This document shows, piece by piece, positions 36,607-44,977 of a DNA stretch of 49,768 bases. This stretch comes from a virus (taxonomy: Duplodnaviria; Caudoviricetes): the IMG/VR virus record IMGVR_UViG_3300020045_001667, positions 1 through 49,768 of that record. The stretch is one strand, 5' to 3'. Within the stretch, counting starts at the first letter, position 1. Every line of letters starts with the position of its first letter. A program made the position numbers and the translations under genes. The notes under the pieces are model-generated. The model saw only the letters and a list, made by a program, of their open reading frames with translations. It was not told where the DNA came from and did no database searches.

Positions 36607-37047
36607 TTACAATTCTCCAACTTGTCGAGAATACCCGACGATTTTCACATTACTACCGCCGATAATAGGCTGATTCCCATTTATTGTACCCGTTCCGAGC
36701 GTCAAAGTCGCGCCTGAAACCACCTTCAAACTAGGCGCTACTCCAGTCGCCTTATAACCAATGGCGACCAAGTATTTATTTGGGTCTGAAATATCAAAAG
36801 CCTCAAGCCTAATCATTGAATTTTCAGTTACAAATAGGCCAATGCCTAAATTATCGGTAACAACGTCACGATTAATATGTTTAAATAAACGGTTAATAAT
36901 CCAGTTAAGCCACTGCGCAGGCAATGGCTGACCACGGCTTGTCGCTGTAGCTGGCACAAAACCAACAGCCATAACGGCGTCAGGCGGTTGATTCAGATTT
37001 TGCTGACCGTCAGAATAAGTGGTAAAAGTATTTGCGAAAGTTGTCAT
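36607..37047 (-). CDS. baseplate/fibre-attachment protein
   Basis: GF-P.....G-PLPAQWLNW motif typical of fibre N-termini. Confidence 0.6.
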   Translation of the reverse strand: MTTFANTFTTYSDGQQNLNQPPDAVMAVGFVPATATSRGQPLPAQWLNWIINRLFKHINRDVVTDNLGIGLFVTENSMIRLEAFDISDPNKYLVAIGYKATGVAPSLKVVSGATLTLGTGTINGNQPIIGGSNVKIVGYSRQVGEL

Positions 37048-37772
37048 TGGAAAACACCTGTTAAATGGTAGCCTGACTCTATTTTAGTCTGATAATTTTG
37101 CGCGTGGATAACAAGAATTGAACCGTTAACATCAATCAACTGTGCGCCAGCCTCTAATTCAGCAGGTGAAATACCTCCAAAAGTAGGCCCAGTATCACCG
37201 ATTGATTGCGCAGTTACTTGAATGTCTGAGCCGTTTGCAGTCAGGTAATCATTTTTACCATTAACAAATAACTCACCGGCTTGATATGATTTTGAGAATC
37301 TAAACGGTAATTCAGCATATGAAACTAAAACCGGCACATCAGATATTCCAGCTGGTGCCAAATCCTGAATTTGATTGTGAATATCAACGGGCACATCAGG
37401 ACCATTCGCAAACAGAATTGCAGTCGCAGGATAAAGCTCCAAATACTGATATTCGTCAGAATCAATCAGGTATTGCAACCCTTTAATCAAAGCGCTTGGC
37501 GTGCCTTCAGATACATTGACAAACACCCGGAAACGAATAGCTTTGCGGTATGCGTCATCATCTCGGCCATTGCGAAGCTCGCCAACGATGTACCCGCAGC
37601 CGTCCAATTGCTTACCAATGGCAGTATCAATCCATCGCTCAGTTTTAAACTCGTCAGTCGTAGCCGTAACGTCATCCAAAGGCCCGACAATAGCAGCAAG
37701 CAACGCCAGAACCTTTGGCGATGCCTGAAATTGGCTAGTAGCCCGCTCTAGGGCCTCGATTACCAGACTCAT
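37044..37772 (-). CDS. baseplate wedge protein (DUF2612-like)
   Basis: QF--SP, IDTA-G-QLD--G-IVG, DD-YR. Confidence 0.8.
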   Translation of the reverse strand: MSLVIEALERATSQFQASPKVLALLAAIVGPLDDVTATTDEFKTERWIDTAIGKQLDGCGYIVGELRNGRDDDAYRKAIRFRVFVNVSEGTPSALIKGLQYLIDSDEYQYLELYPATAILFANGPDVPVDIHNQIQDLAPAGISDVPVLVSYAELPFRFSKSYQAGELFVNGKNDYLTANGSDIQVTAQSIGDTGPTFGGISPAELEAGAQLIDVNGSILVIHAQNYQTKIESGYHLTGVFQ

Positions 37773-39190
37773 ACGCCAACCACCGATATGCGCTCAACTG
37801 CAAATGCAGCGATTCCCGCTCGCCCAATGGCGATGTTATTAGTCGAGTAACTAGGCGTGCCGCCTTCGGTGGCAGTAATAGCCGCCTCGACGGTGATCTG
37901 ACCAATGCCGGATGTAGCACCATAAATAGGACCGTAGAAGCGCTGTGTAATGACATCCTCTCCAACATCAAGGCCAGAACCAAAGGACAACACGGCGTCA
38001 GCAATGGCGGCTTGCACGGTACTGGTTAAAGTCTCTTCAAGGTACAGCGAATCCACAGAAACGCGAACCCATGCGTATTTCGTTACAGGGCGTGAGAACT
38101 TGATTGTCTGGCCGTCGCCGTTATCGTCAATCACTTGGCCTACCGTGTCGCCATAAGTCTCAATTCCGGCCGGTTTTACTTCCCATATCTTATTCAAAAT
38201 GTCCTGCGTAGAACCTCCAACAATGACGGCCTCAAGGCTGTGCGGCGGCATTGAATCAACGGTTTCAGATGTTCGGTTTTCGTAGATGTAAGCAGCGCTA
38301 ATCTCTGGCACGTCAGCCAGTAAACGCGCTCGTATAGCCTTCACCGTGGCGCTGCCGGTTGCCCGCACGCTAGTAGAATGACGGTCACGCAAATCAGCGT
38401 CCGACTCAACGTCGCGCCCAGTCGATCCATCCACCAGGTTTGACACATCTGACCATCCAAGAATAGGGCTATCGATGATATTCAGAGACCCAACTGGCAA
38501 GACGTTTGCACCCAGCTCAATCGATGTAAAAACAGCCGGTGAACCTAGCTTTGTGATAGTCAAGTTGGCGTCAAGCGTCAAAGGAAAATCTGAGACTTTA
38601 TCAAAGCTGTAAACACGAATCTTTGAACCAGTGGCTACCGCTGTAAAATTGGCAGGATTAAATGCAGCCGAAAGTCCCATAGCAATCTCTCCAGCCGTGG
38701 CACTAGCATCGCTCGTATAAGCTGCCAAAACGCCGCCAGCGATGATCTGGTAAGACGTTGCATTGATAACCGTTGTAACTTCAATTTCAACGTCTAAAGC
38801 ATTTGCCCTACTAATCACCACATCCGAAGTAGTAGCGTATTGCTTGGTGCCTGAGCGCGTAAGCACGCCAGATGGCAACAGTGTTGACTCAGAGCCATAA
38901 ACGCAAGCCGTTACAGTCGTGGCACTAGAGCCCAGACGCTCCAATCCAACAAACGCCACGGCTCCGTCTAGGCTCGCTCCTTCGGCGCTGAATGGATACA
39001 TGGAATCATATACATCCTGAAGCGTCTCTTGAATGTCGTCAAGAGCCGCAGCAAAGATGCCAATCATTTGACCAACAACAGCGTCAGGTGACGTGTTTAC
39101 AGGCCCTAGAGCATCCGTAAACCGTTGATCGAAATCAGCTTTTATGTCGGCTAATCTAGCACGTTCAAAGCCCGTTGTATTAAGTGGCAT
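37769..39190 (-). CDS. baseplate J / Mu gp47-like protein
   Basis: AEG-SLD, G-D-ESD--LR-R, YEN-T, PPHS----V-GG, KPAGI-TYG, FSRP. Confidence 0.9.
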   Translation of the reverse strand: MPLNTTGFERARLADIKADFDQRFTDALGPVNTSPDAVVGQMIGIFAAALDDIQETLQDVYDSMYPFSAEGASLDGAVAFVGLERLGSSATTVTACVYGSESTLLPSGVLTRSGTKQYATTSDVVISRANALDVEIEVTTVINATSYQIIAGGVLAAYTSDASATAGEIAMGLSAAFNPANFTAVATGSKIRVYSFDKVSDFPLTLDANLTITKLGSPAVFTSIELGANVLPVGSLNIIDSPILGWSDVSNLVDGSTGRDVESDADLRDRHSTSVRATGSATVKAIRARLLADVPEISAAYIYENRTSETVDSMPPHSLEAVIVGGSTQDILNKIWEVKPAGIETYGDTVGQVIDDNGDGQTIKFSRPVTKYAWVRVSVDSLYLEETLTSTVQAAIADAVLSFGSGLDVGEDVITQRFYGPIYGATSGIGQITVEAAITATEGGTPSYSTNNIAIGRAGIAAFAVERISVVGV

Positions 39191-39530
39191 AAGTGATTAA
39201 TCCGTAAGGTGTTTGAACATCAAACTCAACATTTAAAGCGCGAGCTGACCGATTGAAATCAAATGTAAACCGCGTGATACTTTGCACGCCATCTACCGCC
39301 ATGATTGACGCTTTAATCGCGGCAACAGACCCAGCTAGGCTAATCTGCTTACCTAGAATTTCAGCGGTGTACGGAGTGCCAAACTCAGTATCAAGAAACC
39401 ACTCGCCTTGCCAAAGTTTGAGCTTAATAGCCAAGTGCTGACGCACCCGCTCAGCGCCATCAAGTAAAACAAGATCATTGTTGGTAAGATATAAATCATG
39501 CGTCAATGGGTCTAGAGATAGATCAATCAT
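39180..39530 (-). CDS. baseplate sheath-initiator (gp25/gpW-like)
   Basis: Q-----L----GEWFLD---G-PY, V-T-YG. Confidence 0.8.
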   Translation of the reverse strand: MIDLSLDPLTHDLYLTNNDLVLLDGAERVRQHLAIKLKLWQGEWFLDTEFGTPYTAEILGKQISLAGSVAAIKASIMAVDGVQSITRFTFDFNRSARALNVEFDVQTPYGLITYAT

Positions 39531-40213
39531 ACCGGTGCCCCTGTGTTGCTTGGACCAGACTGAACACCGCTGTGAGCGTGAGTTGCAAGCACAATGCCAT
39601 TGGATGACATAACGCCTCCAGTTTGGATAATTGAGCCACTGATCGAAGTGCCTGCGCCACCACCAGAACCAGCCATGCCAGCCGCATACGTCAGCAAGCC
39701 TTGAGTCGTCAGTGCCCCGGTGTTGGTTGTTTGTGGCGTATCAACGGTAACGCCACCAGGCGCAGTAATGGTAACTGCACCACCTGAGCTAATCCGAATC
39801 GACCCAGGCCCGTAGAACACCGTTAAATCAGCATTGTTTCCACTATCCCCAGCGCCAGCCGCGCCAAGATCACAGGGTATGACGTAAGCGTCTGAAATGT
39901 CAAACCGGCGCATATCGTCTGTTCCGTCAACCGCTTGCTGTGCGAACACAATCAGGCACTTGTCACCCGGCAGGACTGGCCCTTTGACGCCAGCCATGCC
40001 GCCAGCGAAGCTAGGCCAGCACACGCGCACATTCTGCAAAATTGGAAACGGCAAAACGTCACCATCAGCATACCGCTTGCTAGGCGTAGGCTGCACACTG
40101 GCGCGACCATTGGCGTAACCAACGATAACACCCGGAAGGGACGTGTTTATCTCGCCCGTTTTCGAGTCAATCAGTTTGCGTAAAGCATCAACGAAATCAA
40201 TTTGTTCAGCCAT
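39527..40213 (-). CDS. baseplate central spike (Gp138-like)
   Basis: T-LPG-IV, V-P, P--PGD-CL-VF, D-SDA; C-terminal HxH (THAH) metal site. Confidence 0.85.
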   Translation of the reverse strand: MAEQIDFVDALRKLIDSKTGEINTSLPGVIVGYANGRASVQPTPSKRYADGDVLPFPILQNVRVCWPSFAGGMAGVKGPVLPGDKCLIVFAQQAVDGTDDMRRFDISDAYVIPCDLGAAGAGDSGNNADLTVFYGPGSIRISSGGAVTITAPGGVTVDTPQTTNTGALTTQGLLTYAAGMAGSGGGAGTSISGSIIQTGGVMSSNGIVLATHAHSGVQSGPSNTGAPV

Positions 40214-40279
40214 TAATCACATTTTACGGTATTTGTCTATTGGTGAAAACCCCTAGTAAAAATAGTGGTTGTCTTGGTG

Positions 40280-40285
40280 TATGAT
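40280..40285 (+). promoter_or_regulatory. -10 element (TATGAT) for the ncRNA operon
   Basis: About 5 nt upstream of the first hairpin; divergent from a minus-strand TAAAAT before the spike gene. Confidence 0.5.
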
Positions 40286-40773
40286 TCAGACAAGTGGGGA
40301 TTATTCACTTGCTCAGATCAGCGACTTCAAACGCGTAAATAAGCAGGCGTGACCAAGAGCACGGTTAAACAACTTGGCGTATTAAGGCGGTACTGACGAA
40401 ACAGTTAGGTGTCACATGGACCTAAAACAGCTTGATAGTGTGCTATCTGACACCCCGGAAAGACGGGGACTATCAAGAAAGTGATCTACTTAGCGAAAGA
40501 TGGAACGGTTACAGATATGTCTTTGGCATTGGATGTGTAGCAAGTTTACTAGTAGCAATGAGCAAGATCACTTTCTTGATGGTAGTAGCGCTGCTACATC
40601 ATAGCGCCGTGAGCGAATTTACGGAGTACTAGGCTATCTGGGAATATTGGCTGACACAGTGCGTTAACGTAGAGCGCAGGATAGCAAAACTTACGTGACA
40701 GCCGGAGAGACGGCGCCATCATAAAATAGCCTTGCTGCTGGTGGATACCGGTGGAGCGCACAGGGTTATTTTA

Positions 40774-40881
40774 TGATGGTGAATGCGCAGGCTGATGCGC
40801 GGCGGTTGGTCGAAAGATACACTGCGGGTATGCTGCTGAATATGCCGTCAGCAAGCCGGAGATCAGCACCGGCCACCATCA
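40774..40881 (+). ncRNA. tRNA-like kissing-loop RNA, copy 1
   Basis: TGATGGTG/CACCATCA closing stem; GCGCA-GGCTGA-TGCGC; GCCGG-AGATCAGCA-CCGGC. Confidence 0.7.
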
Positions 40882-41201
40882 ACAATTTAACAGGCTTGCA
40901 GCGACGTAATTAGCCACGGAGCATGGAAGAATTTAAGCACTATGGAAAATGCAGCTTTATGCAAGTGCAAGCCTGTTAATTAGAGTTATCAAGCAACAAG
41001 ATTAACTGACAAAAGTTATCTGTATCGACGCCAAGGTGACGCGCATTGAGTTTTGGGATAGCGCCCAAGATGTCGCACCTAGTTAGTCTTGTTACTTGAC
41101 AACTTTGCACGCATACGGTTCAGCCCCGGTGCAAAACTTACAGGCATTTGTAAGGGCACTCAAAACCCTGCTTTATGGGGGTGCAAAGTTGTTAACTTTT
41201 A

Positions 41202-41323
41202 TGGGGTGAATGCGTAGGCTGATACGCAAAGAAAAGGAAAGCTGACACACGCTGCGCCGCTCTCTTCCTGATTGTGGATATGCTCTGTGTTATGCCGGAT
41301 GTTCAGTACCGGCCACCCCACCA
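41202..41323 (+). ncRNA. tRNA-like kissing-loop RNA, copy 2, ending in CCA
   Basis: TGGGGTG/CACCCCA then CCA; GCGTA-GGCTGA-TACGC; GCCGG-ATGTTCAGTA-CCGGC. Confidence 0.7.
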
Positions 41324-41328
41324 ATTCA

Positions 41329-41404
41329 GCGAAGGTAGCATAACGGTTAGTGCCGTGAACTCATAATTCATAAGGTGCTGGTTCGATTCCAGTCCTTCGC
41401 ACCA
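41329..41404 (+). tRNA. tRNA with CAT anticodon (elongator Met, or Ile2 if lysidine-modified)
   Basis: 76 nt; acceptor GCGAAGG/CCTTCGC + A + CCA; D arm GCAT/GTGC; anticodon arm GTGAA-CTCATAA-TTCAT; T arm GCTGG-TTCGATT-CCAGT; G1-C72 pair so not an initiator. Confidence 0.92.
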
Positions 41405-41435
41405 AATATCTTTTACTATCTTGAAAAAGATATTT
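41404..41435. terminator. AT-rich inverted repeat ending the RNA operon and the hub gene
   Basis: AAATATCTTTT-N10-AAAAGATATTT. Confidence 0.5.
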
Positions 41436-42358
41436 CAAACGTAACGCAGCGTAAGTTCAGAAAACCACTCGCTACCGTGGGTGTCTCCAACGCTTGTTAC
41501 GGCTTCTATGCGAAAAAATTCAGACTTAATCGACTTAGTATCTAAGCGAACATATCCACCGGGCTGCATGGTAGGCTGTAAAAGCGTCTTAACTTTATAG
41601 CCTTGGACTTCTAGTTTCTTTTCTTTGTCGCCAGCGTCACCAGTTGCAAATGTCGCCCTTACGCCTTTTTGTTTCTCGGTTATTCCTTTTTTAGCTGCCG
41701 CCTTTTCACCCAGAGTCTTATGCTCTTTTTCAGGTGAGCCAATCAAACCGGTGTCAGGCGACAAAACAAACGCTTGCATGGCAACAGCTTTGCCTTTTTT
41801 CAGAATCTGAACTTCACGGTTTTGAAGTGACCACTCAAGCCCCAAATATTCGCAAGCCTTAGCCATAGCCTCGCGTGAGCGACCAACGAAAGCGAAGCCA
41901 TCAGGGTATTGTTTCTGCGTTATCTCGGTTGGTAATGGCCTAACAGGCAGTCCAAACGTAGCGGCAATGTTACTCAATACTTGGCCAGCCGATACGCCAG
42001 GTGCGAAGCTAAACGAAGTCTTCTTATCCCGGTACTCAAGCCCGCTATCTGACATTTCAAGCTCGGTTATAAGGTCCGCACCTTCGCGCTTGGTGATAGC
42101 TCGCGTCACTGTACCGGTGAAAATAGTCAACTCGCCAACATCGCGTTTATAGCCAGCCTTGAGAATAATAACGCTGTTAACCGTTTCAACCAAAGCCCGC
42201 GAGTCTGGGTTTAAGTTGTAAACCCGGCAAGTGCAAGAATTCGGGTTTTCACCACTTCCTTTTTCAATGGAAAACGCAAAACGCAAGTCACGTATCTCAA
42301 TGGCTTTACCATTAGGATTGCCAACTGTTATGGATGCTACTCGGTCAAATAGAGCCAT
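41435..42358 (-). CDS. baseplate hub protein
   Basis: LR-AF-IEK, PN-----YNL, L-AGY, IF-G, LSP-TGLIGSP, GDTHG-EW. Confidence 0.8.
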   Translation of the reverse strand: MALFDRVASITVGNPNGKAIEIRDLRFAFSIEKGSGENPNSCTCRVYNLNPDSRALVETVNSVIILKAGYKRDVGELTIFTGTVTRAITKREGADLITELEMSDSGLEYRDKKTSFSFAPGVSAGQVLSNIAATFGLPVRPLPTEITQKQYPDGFAFVGRSREAMAKACEYLGLEWSLQNREVQILKKGKAVAMQAFVLSPDTGLIGSPEKEHKTLGEKAAAKKGITEKQKGVRATFATGDAGDKEKKLEVQGYKVKTLLQPTMQPGGYVRLDTKSIKSEFFRIEAVTSVGDTHGSEWFSELTLRYV

Positions 42359-42793
42359 TTACATATCCCAAACGCTAGAACCACCGTCCCACACGGATAA
42401 CCCGCTATCCCACAGGCTGCCGCTAACAGCCGCCACAGCGGTCACAACCACGGATTCAATGGCTGCAACAACGTCAGGAACAAAATAAACCAGTGAATAA
42501 TCACCAGTTCCAATAGACGTGTAAAGCGCACGCTCGTTCTTATTTTTATTGTCAATAAAAAACAGCTCACCAACTGGCAGACGATCGTCTTTAAACCGGC
42601 CAATCAGAGGATAGTTTTTCACCATCTTTACGTTTTCAAGAATGACAGCGCCTTCCCGCTCGTAAATAGACAGGCTAAAGTAACCGCCTATCTCATTCCA
42701 AAGAACGCGTAACGTGTATGGGTTATCCGATAGAACTACGTCTAGTAGTTGGTCGGTTGTATCTGGCAATAGTGGTATTTCAGCTAAGATCAT
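42359..42793 (-). CDS. baseplate plug-type protein
   Basis: IPL...V-L----Y-L---WN; synteny. Confidence 0.7.
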   Translation of the reverse strand: MILAEIPLLPDTTDQLLDVVLSDNPYTLRVLWNEIGGYFSLSIYEREGAVILENVKMVKNYPLIGRFKDDRLPVGELFFIDNKNKNERALYTSIGTGDYSLVYFVPDVVAAIESVVVTAVAAVSGSLWDSGLSVWDGGSSVWDM

Positions 42794-42794
42794 A

Positions 42795-43424
42795 TTATTT
42801 CAAAATATTTGAAAGCAAGCTTGAACTACCGGTATTTGCGCGCGTCTTGTAATTCTGATCTAACGCCTTCTGCCCTGCCGATTTTTGTGGTTCTGCCTTC
42901 TTTGCTGTTTTCCCAGCACTTCCGCCAGCTTTGGCCTCTTTCTTGGTGCTAATGCCTGGTGGCAAAGTAACCATTTGAGTGCTAACCAAACGTATATTAA
43001 CCAGATCCATCGTAAACTGAACTTCTTCGCCTATCTGAGCATTACGCGGGATTGAAACTGATTCAATCGCCATATCTGTATAGATGGCGTGCTTGGTGTA
43101 AACCACGACAACATCACGCGACTTATGAAGCTCACGAATGGCATCAAAAGCCGTTTGAATGCGTGGTGACTGCGTATCGCCACCGAAGTATTGACCGGCG
43201 AACTCCCCGCGCAAAGGGCTGTTTGTTATCACGCCTTGTAGCCGCAGCTTGTCAGGCTTTTCTATGATGTGGTCAGTAATTGGCGAACCAGTCTCAACTG
43301 GGTTTTGAGTTACTTCATTTTTCCATTCGTGCAACTCGTCAAGCGTGGCATCAAAGTCAAGCGAAGCAATGCCTCCAAAGACTTTGGTACTCGCATTAGG
43401 CCCGCCGTAGTAAAAACCAATCAT
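42795..43424 (-). CDS. Dit-like tail-tube initiator
   Basis: DA---E-H-----VT-NPVE-G--ITDH---P--L---G. Confidence 0.8.
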   Translation of the reverse strand: MIGFYYGGPNASTKVFGGIASLDFDATLDELHEWKNEVTQNPVETGSPITDHIIEKPDKLRLQGVITNSPLRGEFAGQYFGGDTQSPRIQTAFDAIRELHKSRDVVVVYTKHAIYTDMAIESVSIPRNAQIGEEVQFTMDLVNIRLVSTQMVTLPPGISTKKEAKAGGSAGKTAKKAEPQKSAGQKALDQNYKTRANTGSSSLLSNILK

Positions 43425-44977
43425 TACCAACCTCCAGTCGCTAGGTCACGGGCCATCTTCTTATCCACGCCTTCACCCTTAAGAACTCCAGCCGATGTTT
43501 TTAAGAAAGATTGTTGTGATTCTGATGTTCCCGGTGGCACGGTTAGATTTACAGTCTGGTTAGAAGTCACGTTTGTGTTTCCGCCAGCCGCAGCCGACTG
43601 GGCAACAGCAGAAGGCGCAACGTTTGGCGTAGTTGGCCCAGCGCCAGTACCGATGCCAAAGAATTGACCAAGCGCCTTGGCTTTATCAATAACCCACTTT
43701 ACCTTTTCGCCCATCCATCCCATTACTTTGTCCCAGTTATTCCAGAGTAGGAAAACAGCCGTACTAACTGCCGCTATGCCAACATAAACAAGCGCCATAG
43801 GCCCCATGGCCAATATCCATGCTAGAGCCATTGATGCACCACCAGCAAGCGCAGCCGCAGCCGCTGAGCCCCAAGCCGTCACCGCAGTAACCCCCCAAAC
43901 TGCGAATGCAGCGGATAGCGTAACCATCACAGCTTCAAGAGCCGATGCTCCAATAGAGCCATCTTTAAGCCACTGGACAAAACTACCAAATACAGACTGA
44001 CCGCCATCCAAGTAAGTGACAATATCATCTATGGCTAGGCCAAGCAAAACAAGCCCACCAACAACCACGCCAGCGACTGAAAACACCATGCCAAGCAAGC
44101 TAATAAGTCCACCCAATGCCATTGGTCCAAGTATTGCAGCCAATGCAATACCAAAGGCTTTAAGCGCGTTTGAGCTACCGCCTACGAACTCAATGAATGA
44201 CTTTGCGCCACTTTCAATGCGATCAAACCCATTCAAAAGGAAGTTTGCAACCTTGGTTACAACTTGAGATTCTCGGTTTAGCTTTGCAATCATGGTCGAA
44301 AACTTGTTTCCGATGATCGTGGTTGCCTGTCCAATAGTCATTGGCATTTGGCGAAACTTTTCCTGAAACATGCTAGACATTTTCAGGGTAGCCTCAATCA
44401 CCGCCTTTGATGTCAGCTTTCCATCGCTAGCCATCTTCTTCAATTGCTCACGCGGGTATCCCATTGCCTCTGCAAGAGCATCTAGGTATTGTGGCGCAGC
44501 TTCTGCCATGCTTCGAAATTCATCTCCCTGAAGCACGCCAGAACCAAGTGCCTGCCCGAACTGCAACATTGCAGACTGGGCCTCCATCGTGTTGGCTCCA
44601 CCAACGACAAGCGCCTGACTAATAGTATTTGTGACTTGCAATAGCTCAGATTGATCTTTAATCAATCCTTTTGCCGCGTTTCCAACCTTAGTATAAAACG
44701 CGCCATAAGCCTCAATTGACTGCCTGTTATCACTGGCGTTTTTTGATACCTCATTAAACGCATCGCCGACATTTCCAATGGTTTGTGGCAGCATCCCAAT
44801 CCGAGCCTCCAGCGACTGCATGGAGTCAGCCACGCCAGCAAGCGCCCGCAAAGATGCAAACGCAGCAAGGCCAGACAGCATACCGGATAAGCGGTTAATG
44901 CTGCCTTCGACCTTGTTCATGCCGGATTGATCGACATTGAACAGGAACTTCGTCGTAAGCTCGCGCACCGTCGCCAT
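43424..44977 (-). CDS. tape measure protein
   Basis: 517 aa; Q--QAL-SG-LQGDEFRS--E-AP tape-measure domain; hydrophobic C-terminal half. Confidence 0.9.
   Translation of the reverse strand: MATVRELTTKFLFNVDQSGMNKVEGSINRLSGMLSGLAAFASLRALAGVADSMQSLEARIGMLPQTIGNVGDAFNEVSKNASDNRQSIEAYGAFYTKVGNAAKGLIKDQSELLQVTNTISQALVVGGANTMEAQSAMLQFGQALGSGVLQGDEFRSMAEAAPQYLDALAEAMGYPREQLKKMASDGKLTSKAVIEATLKMSSMFQEKFRQMPMTIGQATTIIGNKFSTMIAKLNRESQVVTKVANFLLNGFDRIESGAKSFIEFVGGSSNALKAFGIALAAILGPMALGGLISLLGMVFSVAGVVVGGLVLLGLAIDDIVTYLDGGQSVFGSFVQWLKDGSIGASALEAVMVTLSAAFAVWGVTAVTAWGSAAAAALAGGASMALAWILAMGPMALVYVGIAAVSTAVFLLWNNWDKVMGWMGEKVKWVIDKAKALGQFFGIGTGAGPTTPNVAPSAVAQSAAAGGNTNVTSNQTVNLTVPPGTSESQQSFLKTSAGVLKGEGVDKKMARDLATGGW

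Larger units (their letters stand above)
40290..41323 (+). ncRNA. array of structured non-coding RNAs
   Basis: No credible CDS; many 14-23 bp stems; compensatory changes between repeated units; mostly G-U mismatches on the plus strand; co-oriented with the tRNA. Confidence 0.8.

Noticed and set aside
40393-40404. CTGACGAAAC resembling a hammerhead core
   Set aside because: CTGANGA and GAAA overlap with no stem II; it folds as a simple ACTG/CAGT hairpin.
40432-40632. 66-aa ORF in the RNA array
   Set aside because: TTG start, no SD, and it runs through strongly paired stems; better explained as ncRNA.
40290-41323. CRISPR or TIGR-like array, or integron attC array
   Set aside because: No constant direct repeat with uniform spacers, no cas/tas or integron integrase gene, and no consistent RYYYAAC/GTTRRRY ends.
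40774-41323. Calling the mimics C4 antisense RNA, tmRNA or pseudo-tRNAs
   Set aside because: No antirepressor/icd target seen, no tag ORF, no TTC T-loop or anticodon arm; family identity needs a covariance search.
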